Origin: Squalus acanthias
Taxonomy: Eukaryota
Direction: 5' to 3'
NCBI GenBank assembly: GCA_030390025.1
Contig: CM059432.1
Location: 148,616,001-148,680,000, forward strand
Length of the DNA: 64,000 nt
Notes under the pieces: generated by a model
Told to the model about the DNA's origin: nothing
Seen by the model: only the letters and a program-made list of their open reading frames with translations
The model's database searches: none
In this document: in pieces, positions 50,157-61,185 of the stretch
Layout: every line of letters begins with the position of its first letter
Position numbering within the stretch: the first letter of the stretch is position 1
Position numbers and translations under genes: made by a program

Positions 50157-50894
50157 GGGCCATAATCTGCGGCCCCTACGGGTGCGTACGAGGTGCGCAG
50201 GCGCCCGTAGGGGCCGCGCATGTTCCGGGTTTTCACATGCGCTAAAACCCGGAACTTACGATCAGTCAAGAACCTTCTTGACAAATCATCCGCATCCGCG
50301 GGAAAAGGACCTCCGCGGGCGGATTCTGCCCAGCGAATGCCCGTGAAATTCTTACGCCTCGTAAAAGCAGGCATAAGGCCCGCTTTTACCGGCGTAAGAC
50401 TTTTAAAGAGCAGGAAAAAAAATTTTCAATAATTTATACATTTAAAAACCTGTGAAATAAAGTAAGTTTATTTTTAGCCCCTTTAAAATATGAAAATTTC
50501 TTTTTCAAAAAATTAAGTTTTTGTTTTAAATATTTAATTAAATGCCATTTTGATTAATTTTAAATATGTGATTTTCAAAAAAAATTATTTGAAGTATACG
50601 TGTATTTTTGAGGGTATTCCCATTCATACTTATGGAGGTTCCGTACATACGGAATCCCTAAATAAGTATGAATGGGGATTCCCTTTCTTTCATTGGTTGG
50701 GTCGGTCTACGTGATCTCAGGGGCGCTTGCGAACCGCCTGCGCCCCTGGGATATGTGGGCCTCTAGGCAGGCCTACGCACAGAGGCCCAGGAGCGTGAGT
50801 GTCCGAACCTCCGGGACCATCAGGTAAGTTCGTAGATTTTTTGCTGGTCGGAGGCATCGGCCCACGGGAAGCCTCCGACTGCAAATTCAGGGCC
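50157..50894. mobile_element. ~740-bp MITE with 3-bp TSD
   Basis: Ends GGGCCATAATCTGCGG / CTGCAAATTCAGGGCC; ATT TSD at 50154-50156 and 50895-50897; homologous to 54406-55108. Confidence 0.85.
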
Positions 50895-50978
50895 ATTATG
50901 TCCGTGCTTGCTCTGGTAACTCCAACTCTGTAGCACAGGATTGCCCTGACCTGCTGTTTCTCTGCTTAAGTTTAGTAG

Positions 50979-51234
50979 TCATGATGCGGAGATGCCAGTG
51001 TTGGACTGGGGTGGACAAAATTGAGAGGTCGCACAACACCAGGTTATAGTCCAACAGTTTTATTTGAAATCACAAGCTTTCGGAGCTATCGATTGCTCCT
51101 CCCTCAGGTGAAGTAAATTAGATACAGAGCTATCTAATTTACTTCACCTGAGGAAGGAGCAATCGATAGCTCCGAAAGCTTGTGATTTCAAATAAAACTG
51201 TTGGACTATAACCTGGTGTTGTGCGACCTCTCAA
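50979..51234 (-). mobile_element. ORF-less fold-back Penelope-like element with two opposed hammerhead motifs
   Basis: 106-bp arms (51019-51124 and 51131-51236, one mismatch); 40-bp unpaired tail; TSD TTAAGTTTAGTAG at 50966-50978 and 51235-51247. Confidence 0.85.
51144..51185 (+). ncRNA. Minimal hammerhead ribozyme motif (mirror copy on minus strand at ~51070-51111)
   Basis: TCAC-CTGAGGA-A-GGAGC-AATCGATA-GCTCC-GAAA-GCTT-GTGA, followed by AATAAA. Confidence 0.78.
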
Positions 51235-51524
51235 TTAAGTTTAGTAGAACAAATAAGTGGGGGATGGGGGGGGTAAGGGGAAGGAAGCACTGTGCAGGAG
51301 AGCAAGACACTCAGAGGAGAACAGGAACAATCCAAGAATAGGCAGTCCTGCTGCTTCCGGCCTCCTGGAGCAGCTTCCTGCAACAGCCATGGTGAATCGA
51401 AGTTGCTGAGCATGGATAGTGCTTTTAGGTCCTCAATATAAACAAGGGGGTAATTTTAATTGCCAGAAAATCACAAGGGCCGAGCTGACCTCTGCGCCAA
51501 AGTTCCAGATATGTTTATTGATTC

Positions 51525-53265
51525 TATCAAAACGATTCATGATTTTGAACACCTCTATCAAATCCCTTCTTAACCTTCTCTGGAGAACAACCCCAGCTTC
51601 TCCAGTCTCTCCACATAACTGAAGTCACTCATCCCTGGCACCATTCTAGTAAATCTCTTCTTCCCCCATCTACACGGCCTTGACATCCTTCCTAAAGTGT
51701 GGTGCCCAGAATTGAACACAATACTCCACCTCTAAGGCCTAACCAGTGATTTATAAAGGTTTAGCATAACTTCCTTGCTTTTGTACTCCATTCCTCTATT
51801 AATAAAGCCAAGGATCTCATATGCCTTCTTAAACAGCCTTTGCAACTTGTCCTGCCACCTTCACAAATTTGTGTACATACACTCCCAGGTCTCTCTGTTC
51901 CTGCACCCACTTTAAAATTGTACCATTTCAATTGGAAGATTGTGGCCAGAGCCTCCGCAATTTCCACCCTTACTTCCCTCAGTAACCGAGGATGCATCCC
52001 ATCCGGAACGGGTAACTTTTCTACTTTGAGGACTGCCAACCTTTTAAGTATCTCCTCTTTATCAAATTTTATCGTATCCAATTCATCTGCTACCTCTTCC
52101 TTTCCTGCTACATTGGCAGCATCCTCTTCTCTAGTGAAGACAGATGCAAAGTACTCATTTAGTACCTCAGTCGTGCCCTCTGCCTCCACAAGATGATCTC
52201 CTTTTTGGTCCCTAATCAGCCTCACCTGTACAAAACCCTGGTTAGACCACACCTGGAGCACTGTGAGCAGTTCTGGGTACCACACCTCAGGAAGGATATA
52301 TTGGCCTTGGAGGGAGTGCAGCGTAGGTTTACCAGAATGATACCCGGAATCCAAGGGTTAAGTTACGAGGAGAGATTACACAAATTAGGGTTATATTCCC
52401 TAGAATTTAGAAGGTTAAGGGGTGATTTGATCGAAGTTTTCAGGATATTAAGGGGAACTGATAGGGTAGATCGAGAGAAACTATTTCCGCTGGTTGGGGA
52501 TTCTAGGACTAGGGGGCATAGTCTAAAAATTAGAGCCAGACCTTTCAGGAGTGAAATTAGGAAACACTTCGACACACAAAGGGTGGTAGAAGTTTGGAAC
52601 TCTCTTCCCAAAACGGTAATTGATGCTAGATCAATTGTTAATTTTAAATCCGAGATTGATAGATTTTTGTTAACCAAAGGTAGTAAGGGATATGGGGCAA
52701 AGGCGGGTATATGGAGTTAGACCACAGATCAGCCATGATCTCATTGAATGGTGGAGCAGGCTCGAGTAGCTGAATGGCCTCCTCCTGTTCCTATGGACTC
52801 TCTCCAATCCTTCTTCCTTTCAAACCAGAACACATCCTCACAAGACAGCTCTGCATACCTAAATTTTAAGTGGCACCAGTTGGCACCAACAAGAACCATA
52901 AGAAACAAATTGCATAGAAATATAAATATATATATATATATCCAGAGCCTTTCACAACCTCAGGACATTCCCAAGCTTTTCACAGCCAATGAAGTGCTTT
53001 TTGAAGTGTAGCCACTATTGTAATGTAGAAAGTGTAGCAGTTGATTGACACACTGCAAGGTCCCACAAACAGCAATGAGATTAATGACCACATAATCTGT
53101 TTTAGTGGTATTGACGACCATTTTACTATTTATGTGTTTATAAAACGACTTCTGGGTTCCCTTTTAGGCTAGCCGCTAACCTATTCCTATACACTCTCTC
53201 CTTGCCCCTTTTATTTCCTTTTTTAGATCTCCTCTGTACTTTGTATATTTGCTGTACTTTGTATA
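51525..53265 (-). mobile_element. Minus-strand CR1 fragments (51525-52226 and 53113-53265), interrupted by a duplicated block
   Basis: EVLNEYFASVFT...PDGMHPRLLRE; resumes after 53113 with KYRGDLKKEIKGARR. Confidence 0.8.
52227..53112 (+). repeat. Local duplicate of 48706-49589 (CR1 3' end, unique flank, partial SINE)
   Basis: Near-identical, including the non-TE spacer GGACTCTCTCCAATCC...GGCACCAAC. Confidence 0.92.
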
Positions 53266-53722
53266 AAAATAAGAACATTCTCCTCTTAAAAGAGTAACAT
53301 TTTTTTTATCAATAGTCGTCCCATTAGGAATGAGAGTGAATCCGGACTTAAGATCCAAGCTTATGTGAATAGAGGCAGTGTGGTGAATAAACGCACTGTT
53401 GATTGTACGAAAATCATGTTGGTGCCAACAAAATACTGCATATGCACGACTTGAATCAATACATGCTGCCTGGAACACACACCTTAAGCTTTCAACCCAT
53501 TTACATCAGCATGCAATCATTATCGAGGTTTCACCAAAATGAGAAGTCGCACAACACCAGGTTATAGTCCAACAGTTTTATTTGAAATTACGAGCTTTCG
53601 GAGCTCTGCTCCTTCGTCAGGTACAGTGAGGGACTATAAATCGATTACACAGTATATATAGACAGAGAACAATGTGTCTGTAGAGATACAATCCGTCAGG
53701 GAGGCACATTGTTCTCTGTCTA

Positions 53723-54076
53723 CAGGAAACTCTTTGGTATCCGGCACTGACGGGACCGGGATGGTGCCGGTTGATTAAAAATTCCGGATAACGGAGAGGT
53801 ATATCTACCGAGGCTATTTTTAACAAACAAAAATTAAAAATCAAGAAATGTGCAGTATAATTGGGTACTCCCCTACAGAATGTTGTGTTAAATGGATGGT
53901 GGAAGATGCTTGATTAAGTACAGTAATGCCAGTTGAGGATAATCCATAACTCTTTATAAGTTTTGTTTTACTGTTAAGTAATTAAACGACTGTATACTGT
54001 AGTTTTCGGAGTATGAATTCTGCCGGTTATTAGAGAGTTCCGGATATTTAGGTGCCGTTTAAACGAGAGTTTCCTG
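53723..54076. mobile_element. Tc1/mariner-pogo (Tigger-like) MITE
   Basis: TA|CAGGAAACTCT...AGAGTTTCCTG|TA; the TIR extends imperfectly to CGGCAC. Confidence 0.85.
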
Positions 54077-54113
54077 TATATATACTGTGTAATCGATTTG
54101 TATTCACTCACTG

Positions 54114-54147
54114 TACCTGACGAGGAGCGGAGCTCCGAAAGCTCGTA
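54114..54147 (+). ncRNA. Minimal hammerhead ribozyme motif (mirror copy on minus strand at 53589-53623)
   Basis: TAC-CTGACGA-GGAGC-GGA-GCTCC-GAAA-GCTC-GTA. Confidence 0.82.
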
Positions 54148-54405
54148 ATTTGAAATAAAACTGTTGGACTATAACCTGGTGTTGTGCGACTTCTCATTTT
54201 TGTCCACCCCAGTCCAACACCGGCATCTCCGCATCAAGGTTTCACCAGTGTAAGCCCAAGCAAAATAAAGATTCTGGGATGAACAGGGAAGGGAAACGGT
54301 CTAAAACAAAAGCAAAAAATGCACTGCAAATGCCGGAAACCTGAAGCAAAAACCGAGTGCTGGAAAACACTGAGCAGCACCCGTGGAGAGAGAAACAGAG
54401 ATAAC

Positions 54406-55108
54406 GGCCTGGTCCGCGGCCGCAAGTGCCCCGTAAGCTCCGGGTTCCCGTGTCAACTTGCGATGTCAAGTTTCAGCTCGACAGACGCTCCGCATCCCCG
54501 GGAAATGAACATCCGCGGGCGGAGAGCTGGGCTATTTGCCCGGCGAATGCCCGTCAAACTCTTACGCCTGGTAGAAGCAGGCCTAGGGCCTTCTCTTACC
54601 AGCATAAGAGTTTAAATAAATATTTAAATAATTTTTTAGTATTATTTAAACATTAAAAAAAACTTTAAAATTAGCTATAGGTTATTTTTAGCCCCTTCAA
54701 AATGTTGAAATTTATTTTTCAAAAAATTAAATTTTGGTTTTAAAATTTTAATTTAATTGTATTTTAATTAATTTTGAACATGTAATGATTTATTTTTATT
54801 TAAGTTGTGTGAAATTTGCGTTTTTTGGGTGATTCCTATTCATGCTTACGGGGATTCCGTACGTAAATGGAATCCCCATAAGTATGATGGGGATCCCCCT
54901 TTCTCATTGGTTGGTTTGGCCCACGTGATCCAACGGGTGTTTGCGAACCGCCCGCGCCCCGGGATACGTGGGCTTTTACGCACGCGTACGCGTAGAGGCC
55001 CAGGTCCGCCAGTCTACGAACCTCCGGGACCATCAGGGAGGTTCGTATTTTTCTTGTGGTTCGGAGGCATTCGCCCTGCGGGGAGCCTCCGACCGCAAGT
55101 TCAGGCCC
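54406..55108. mobile_element. ~700-bp MITE inserted in a degenerate PLE tail
   Basis: AAC TSD at 54403-54405 and 55109-55111; homologous to 50157-50894; flanks rejoin as GAGAAACAGAGATAACGTTTCAGG. Confidence 0.82.
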
Positions 55109-55394
55109 AACGTTTCAGGCCAATGACATTCGTTTCTTCCATTTCCCATCCGGGGTGGGGGGAGGTCGGCCGCAATCGCGGTACGGAGAGGTCAGCGATT
55201 GGAGCCTGCTGGCAGGGGTGGGGGGGGGGGGGAAGAGGCCATCGCCGGGCGGGGGGGGGGGGATGGTCAGCGATCAGAGCTCGGAGCTGGGGGGGGGTGG
55301 GGGTGGGGAGAGGCCATTGTGGGTACCGGGGGTGAGCTGAGCGATCAGGGTTTTGGGGGACGGGGGTTTAATCAGTTGCAATCTGGAGCAAAAA

Positions 55395-55545
55395 AGAGGA
55401 GGTACTTAAAAGGTTGTCAGTCCTCAAAGTAGTAAAGTCACCCGGTCCGGATGGGATGTATCCTCGGTTAATGAGGGAAGGAAGGGTGGAAATTGCGGAG
55501 GCTCTGGCCACAATCTTCCAATCCTCCTCTAGATATGGAGGTGAT
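55395..55545 (+). mobile_element. CR1 ORF2 internal fragment
   Basis: LKVVKSPGPDGMYPRLMREGRVEIAEALATIFQSS. Confidence 0.8.
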
Positions 55546-56375
55546 GCCAGAGGACTGGCAGAGTGGAGTCCAAAGGCTTCCTTGTGGGGCCGGGGGTGTG
55601 GGGGAGCACTCCTGCTTTTCCTGGCCCACAAGGAGCGCTGGAAAAGGCACTTAAATTGGCAGCTCCCGCCTCCCTTTCACTGCCGGGTTACCCGACCCCT
55701 GGAAAACCCGCGGCCCAACTGTAAAATTACTGTGGGAGCCAGATTTAAATATGTTAATGAAGTGACTCGCCGTGAAATTAGACTCCCCGAAGCCCGCCGG
55801 CGTACAAATGGCAATGGGCATGTACACGGCGTGTTGGGGTCGCATTCCCCGTTCTTCTCATTTTTAACACCCCCCCCCACTCCGACCCTCTCTCGCCCAA
55901 CATGGGGTGTGGGCGGTTTATTATAGAGACCGTGAACTCGGGCACAGTGAATGTGCTGGCAGCGTTCTGGTCTTAGCTGAGCTGGTCCAGATCAGCGAGG
56001 GAAACAATACAATTGGCCTCAGTGAGACTGAGATTGGGAGGGGAGGGGAGAAACAAAATCAGACAGGTTTCCTCTTCATGAACCCTATTCCAGTGACTTC
56101 TGTCTGAATACTGATAAATGAAAGATAACTGGTTTAAAAAGAAAATAAGTAAAGCAGAGTGGCCAGCGGTTTACCACAAGATGTAACCCACAAGAGTTGA
56201 GTCATCACAGCTGGCGGCACAAGTGAGGGATGCAAGAAACCACTGCCTCAAAAACATGCCCTGTTGACAGTCTACACCCCAGCAGTTTTAGTGACTGAAA
56301 GTATTTAAAGAGCATGGCCTTTATAAAAAGTATTTGCCAATTTTTGTTTTGCACTTAAGATGGAGACGAGCCAAA

Positions 56376-56416
56376 GGGGGCTAAACTCGGTTGATTTGCG
56401 CCTCCCGTTAGCGCCC
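56376..56416. mobile_element. Solo terminal fragment of the Harbinger family
   Basis: GGGGGCTAAACTCGGTTGATTTGCGCCTCCCGTTAGCGCC matches 41232-41270. Confidence 0.65.
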
Positions 56417-56424
56417 GAAGATTA

Positions 56425-56585
56425 CACATAAGAACAGATGAATTAGGAGCAGGAGTCGGCCATTTGTCCCTTCGAGCCTGCTCCGCCATTCAATAAGATC
56501 ATGGCTGATCTTCTACCTCATCTCCACTTTCCTGCACTATCCCCATATCCCTTGATTCCCTTAATATCCAAAAATCCATCGATAT
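56425..56585 (-). mobile_element. CR1 3'UTR fragment
   Basis: Similar to 11252-11400. Confidence 0.8.
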
Positions 56586-56660
56586 GAATTAGAACAAAAT
56601 GTTTCTTTGTGTACCTTTCACCCTCAATGCTGCTGCTAAGGATTGCATAACTCCTTCGAC

Positions 56661-56661
<1 letters not shown>

Positions 56662-56699
<38 letters not shown>
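56662..56699. repeat. (TG)n microsatellite
   Basis: Direct observation. Confidence 0.98.
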
Positions 56700-56700
<1 letters not shown>

Positions 56701-57235
56701 TACAGACTATTTCACTACATGTGATAGCTGGAGTGATGTAGCACTGAGCACACTACTCTCTTTAGATCAGTGAACTCACATGACTCAGCCTGCCGACCAA
56801 TAAGAGCAAAAGGATTAATAAATAGCTAAAATCCCTCCTAAAGTGCAGTTTTGACACCAAAACCACACCAACATCTGCCTAAATTCAGTCCAAAAAAATG
56901 AACCAAACGCCTTGCAAAAGGAATTCACCACCGAGTGTTGGTTTCATCAGGGCCTCCTGTTGGGCCATCTGCAGTAGCATTGCTAGCTGGCCCCTTGACC
57001 AGAATGTTGCCACTTCGTACTTATATTAGCCAAAGTATTGTGAACACGGTGTTAATCAACTGCCTTTATTCACCAGATCATACAGTAGTGAGTCCAAATG
57101 CTTCTAAAGAAAATCGAGGCAATGTGTCAGCCTTGGCTCAGCAGCAGTGTTCTTGCCTCGAAGTCAGAAGGTTGTCTGCTCCAGCACCCATTCCAAAGAC
57201 TCGAGCAAGTATCTTGGCTGACACTTCAGTGCAGT

Positions 57236-57690
57236 AAAAGAAAGACTTACATTTATATAGCGCCTTTCATGACCAAAGTGCTTTACAGCCAATGAAGTAC
57301 TTTTGGAGTGTAGTCACTGTTGTAATGTCGGAAACGCGGCAGCCAATTTGTGCACAGCAAGCTCCCACAAACAGCAATGTGATAATGACCAGATAATCTG
57401 TTTTTGTTATGTTGGTTGAGGGATAAATATTGGCCAGGACACCAGGGATAACTCCCCTGCTCTTCTTCGAAATAGTGCTATGGGATCTTTTACGTCCACC
57501 TGAGAGGGCAGACGGGGCCTCAGTTTAACATCTCGTCCAAAAGATGGCACCTCCGACAGTGCAGCACTCCCTCAGCACTGCACCGGAGTGTCAGCCTAGC
57601 TTTACGTACTCAAGTCCCCAGAGTGGGACTATGAACCCACAACCTTCTGACTCAGAGGCGAGTGTGCTACCCACTGAGCCACAGCTGACA
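57236..57690 (-). mobile_element. Full-length tRNA-derived Deu-domain SINE, apparently nested in an older plus-strand copy (57123-57235 and 57691-58045)
   Basis: Minus-strand head GTGTCAGCTGTGGCTCAGTGGG...GGGTTCATAGTCCC (A/B boxes), Deu core and TCTT tail. Confidence 0.85.
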
Positions 57691-58259
57691 CAGTACTGAG
57701 GGAATGCTGCACTGTTGGAGGTTCCCTTTTTGGATGAGATGTTAAACCGAGACCCCCCCGTCCACCCCCCTCAGGTAGACATAAATATCCTGTGGCACTC
57801 TTCAAAGAAGAGCAGGGGAGTTCAGCCAGTGCCCTGACCAACAATTATCCTTAAATCAACATCACTAAAACAAAATATCTGGCCAATTATTACTGCTGTT
57901 TGTCAGACTTTGCTGAACACAATTCATTTGCTGTCATGTTTCCCTGCATTACAACAGTGACTACACTTCAAAAAGTACTTCACTGGCTGTCAAGCACTTT
58001 GGGATGCTCCAAGTTTCTGAAAAGTGCGATATAAATGTTTTCTATCTATAGAAATTGTTGAAACCCTTAAACCATGCTTAGAACAGATGAGGATAGAAAC
58101 AAGGCTGTGCTATTGAGTACGGTTACACACTTTCATAACCATAACTCATTTCTAACAAAACTCACACACCATTGTGAGATGCAAGATAAAACTCAAGTAG
58201 AGTTTCAGAATATGATTAAAAAGGAATTAAAAAAGGATGGCTGTGTATTTTGTACAACA

Positions 58260-59450
58260 ACAGCAACTGCATTTATATAGCACCTCCAACGTAGGAAAGC
58301 ATCCCATAAACATAATCAGACAAAAATTGAGACATTAGGACAGGTGATCAAATCAAAGGTAGATTTTAAAGAGTTTCATAAAGTAGAATAAAGAGGTGGG
58401 AGACGCGGAGAGGTTTAGGTCGGGAATTCTAGAGATCAGGGCCCAACCGGCTGAAGGCATGGCCGCCAAAGGTGAGGCCAAGGAAGTGGGGGATGCACAA
58501 GAGGCCAAAGTTGATGGAACACAGAGCTCTCGGAGAGATGGAGGAGGTTATAGAGATAAGGAGGGGGCGAGGCCATGGAGAAATTTGAATGCAAGGATGA
58601 GAAATTTAAAATCGAGGCGTTGGTGGACGGGAGCCAATGTAGGTCAGCGAGCACAGGATGAACGGGACTCGGTATGAGTTAGGATACGAGCAGCAGAGCT
58701 TTGGATGAGCTCAAGTTTATGGACAGTAGAAGATGGAGGCCGGCCAGGAGATCATTGAAATAGTCGAGTCTGGAGGTGACAAAAGCAAGGATGAGGGTTT
58801 CAGCAGCAGATGAGCTGAGGTGCTGTGGAGACAGACGATATTACGGAGATGGAAGTAGGCAGTCTTAGTGATGGAGAGGATAGGAGGTCGGAAGCTCAGC
58901 TCAGAGTCAACGGGGATGCCAAGGTTGCGAGCAGTCTTGTTCAGCCTGACAGTGGCCAGGAAGCGGGATGGAATCGATGGCTAGGGAATGGAGTTCGTGG
59001 CAGGGTCCAAAATCATTGGCTTTGGAGATTCTTTCTCTAGAGGTAACGGTGCAGGAGCGGGCTGAGAAGCCTTTGTAGGAGGTTCTCTGGCCACAACTAG
59101 ATAGGTAAGAGTGGAAGCAGGTGAGGGCAGTCCCACTCAGCTGGGCAACGGAAGAGAGGCGTTGATGTACGATGGTGTGGTCAACCGTATCAAAGACTGC
59201 AAACAGATCAAGAAGGATGAGGAGAGATAGTGCACTATGGTCACAGTCACAGATAATGCCACTTATGACTCTGATTAGGGCCATTTCAGTGCTGTGGCGG
59301 AGCAGAAACCTGATTTGAGAGGTTCAAGCACGGAATTGCAGGAAAGATGGGCATGGATTTGGAAGACAACAACAATTCAAGGACTTTGGAGAGGAAAGGG
59401 CTTGGAGATGGGGTAGTAGATTGCAAGGACAGAGGAGGGGGGCTAATGAC
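58260..59450 (-). mobile_element. L2-clade LINE fragment
   Basis: SLLILLDLFAVFDTVDH and LADLHWLP motifs. Confidence 0.85.
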
Positions 59451-60449
59451 AACATATTTGAAAGAACCAGGAATGAGAACTATGGGACATGACTACAAGA
59501 TAAAGGAACTGAGCACCAAGCACCTGCAGTGTTGTGTGGCATCTGGTGTGCGCATCCCTTCCTCAGTAAGATCCATTCACCAAGGGCAACCAGTGTTGCG
59601 TCAACACCAGAGGAATAATGGACGTTAGGCTGAAGGTAACTCAGGAGTGCCTGTCTGCAACAGTTCTCAGCAATGGTACAGACGTGAGGTGCAAAAATAT
59701 TCACATTGGCCAAAATTCAAACACATATCTCTCCTTGAGTTTACTGCTACAATTGAATTATCATTTTATATACACATTAAAGATGGGCAGTATGCAAAAA
59801 TAAAATGTGACCAATGCCGGAAATCGGTAATAGCCTTTTACAAGGATGTCGGGTTCTGGAAACACATCCAAGAATGTTCGGCTGACAATCTGGAAAGAAT
59901 TCCTGAGACCACCCACTATTCACTTCTGGCACTGTGTCCAGCTATAGTTGGCAGACTTGATACAGATGCAGTGGAATTATTCAAAGCATCAGCCATCAAG
60001 AGAGACTCAGGAGTTGATCTGCTCTCATCGGGGAAAGGACTGAGGGGGTGGAACACGATTCAAGGTTTTATCACAACAAGAGGAATTTAAAAAGATGACT
60101 ATGTATTTTGTACGGAACCAAGAAAAAAAAGAAGAAATAAAGACTTGCGTTTCTACAGAGCCTTTCCGGACCTCAGGACGTCTCAAAGCGCTTTACAACC
60201 AATGAAGGGCCTTTGAATTGTAGTCACTGTTTTGATGTAGGAAAGGGGATTCCGGACATGACTGGACGATAAAGGAACGGAGTAAAACTTAACTTCACAC
60301 TCAGAGTGTTTAGGTTATGGGATAGACTATCGCCCTGGATAGTAAATACTAATCCTCAGGCTTCAAAAATATACCAATTTCCTGATTCAGCAGCGAGTTG
60401 GGGTAAGATCGATTACATGAATCAATAAATTAATGGCAAGCTGGTTCGT

Positions 60450-60886
60450 GCATTTACATAGCACCTTTCAGAAACTTGAGACATCCCAAAGTGCGTCACA
60501 GCCAATTAAATACTATTTGAAGTGTCGTCACGCTGTAATGTAGGAAAACGTGACAGCCAATTTGTCTTCAACAAAGTCTCACAAACAGCCATGAGATACA
60601 ACTGGCCAGATAATGTTTTAGTGGTGTTGGTTGAGGATAAATGTTGGTCAGGGCTCCCCTGCTCTTCTCCAAATAGTGCCATGGAGTATTTATGTCCACC
60701 TGAGAGGGCAGACAAGGACTCGGGTTTAACATTTCATCCGAAAGACGGCACCTCCGATCGTGCAGCGCGCTCTCTCAGCGCCGCACTGGAGTGTCAGCCG
60801 AGATTTTTTGTGCTGGAGTGGGACTTGAACCCACAACCCTTCTGACTCAAGAGGCGAGGGTGGTACCAGCTGAGCCACGGCTGACA
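60450..60886 (-). mobile_element. tRNA/Deu SINE
   Basis: Collinear with 57236-57690. Confidence 0.8.
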
Positions 60887-61051
60887 TGCATGCACGGTTT
60901 TTCTATTTAAAAAGCCGGCAGCCTAGCTTTTTATGTTCTGACATTCTGTTTCACAAAACGTGGTCCTTATTTTCACCAGTAAACTGACAAGAGATTTGCG
61001 AAAGGCAGCAGTAACCTCACTGTGAGATAAGATGAAGTGCAATGGACTCAC

Positions 61052-61185
61052 CTTGACAATGACGAAATAGTGCTTGCAACTCTCCTTCCTGAAGGACAGC
61101 CCAATTTTCTCCATGACCTGGCTCATTGGCTCACTGGCATAGATGTAAACCCTGGCCTGCAGGCCTTTCTCTTTCTTCACTGCAT
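61052..61185 (-). CDS. Candidate exon (D)AVKKEKGLQARVYIYASEPMSQVMEKIGLSFRKESCKHYFVIVK
   Basis: Consensus donor AAG|GTGAGT; CAGCAG acceptor; open frame; non-repeat sequence. Confidence 0.55.

Larger units (their letters stand above)
53537..54236 (+). mobile_element. ORF-less fold-back Penelope-like element with two opposed hammerhead motifs, interrupted by a Tc1/pogo MITE
   Basis: ~145-bp inverted arms; tail TGTCCACCCCAGTCCAACACCGGCATCTCCGCATCA; TSD AGGTTTCACCA at 53526-53536 and 54237-54247. Confidence 0.85.

Noticed and set aside
50981..51155. C/D box snoRNA (ATGATG...CTGA)
   Set aside because: The motifs are explained by the PLE tail and hammerhead core; there is no terminal stem.
57630..57690. 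tRNA genes at SINE heads
   Set aside because: A/B-box-like heads continue into SINE bodies, with no complete cloverleaf.
59647..60090. 147-aa ORF as a novel gene
   Set aside because: Non-ATG start, no recognisable domain or convincing splice sites; it may be very old LINE debris. Unsupported.
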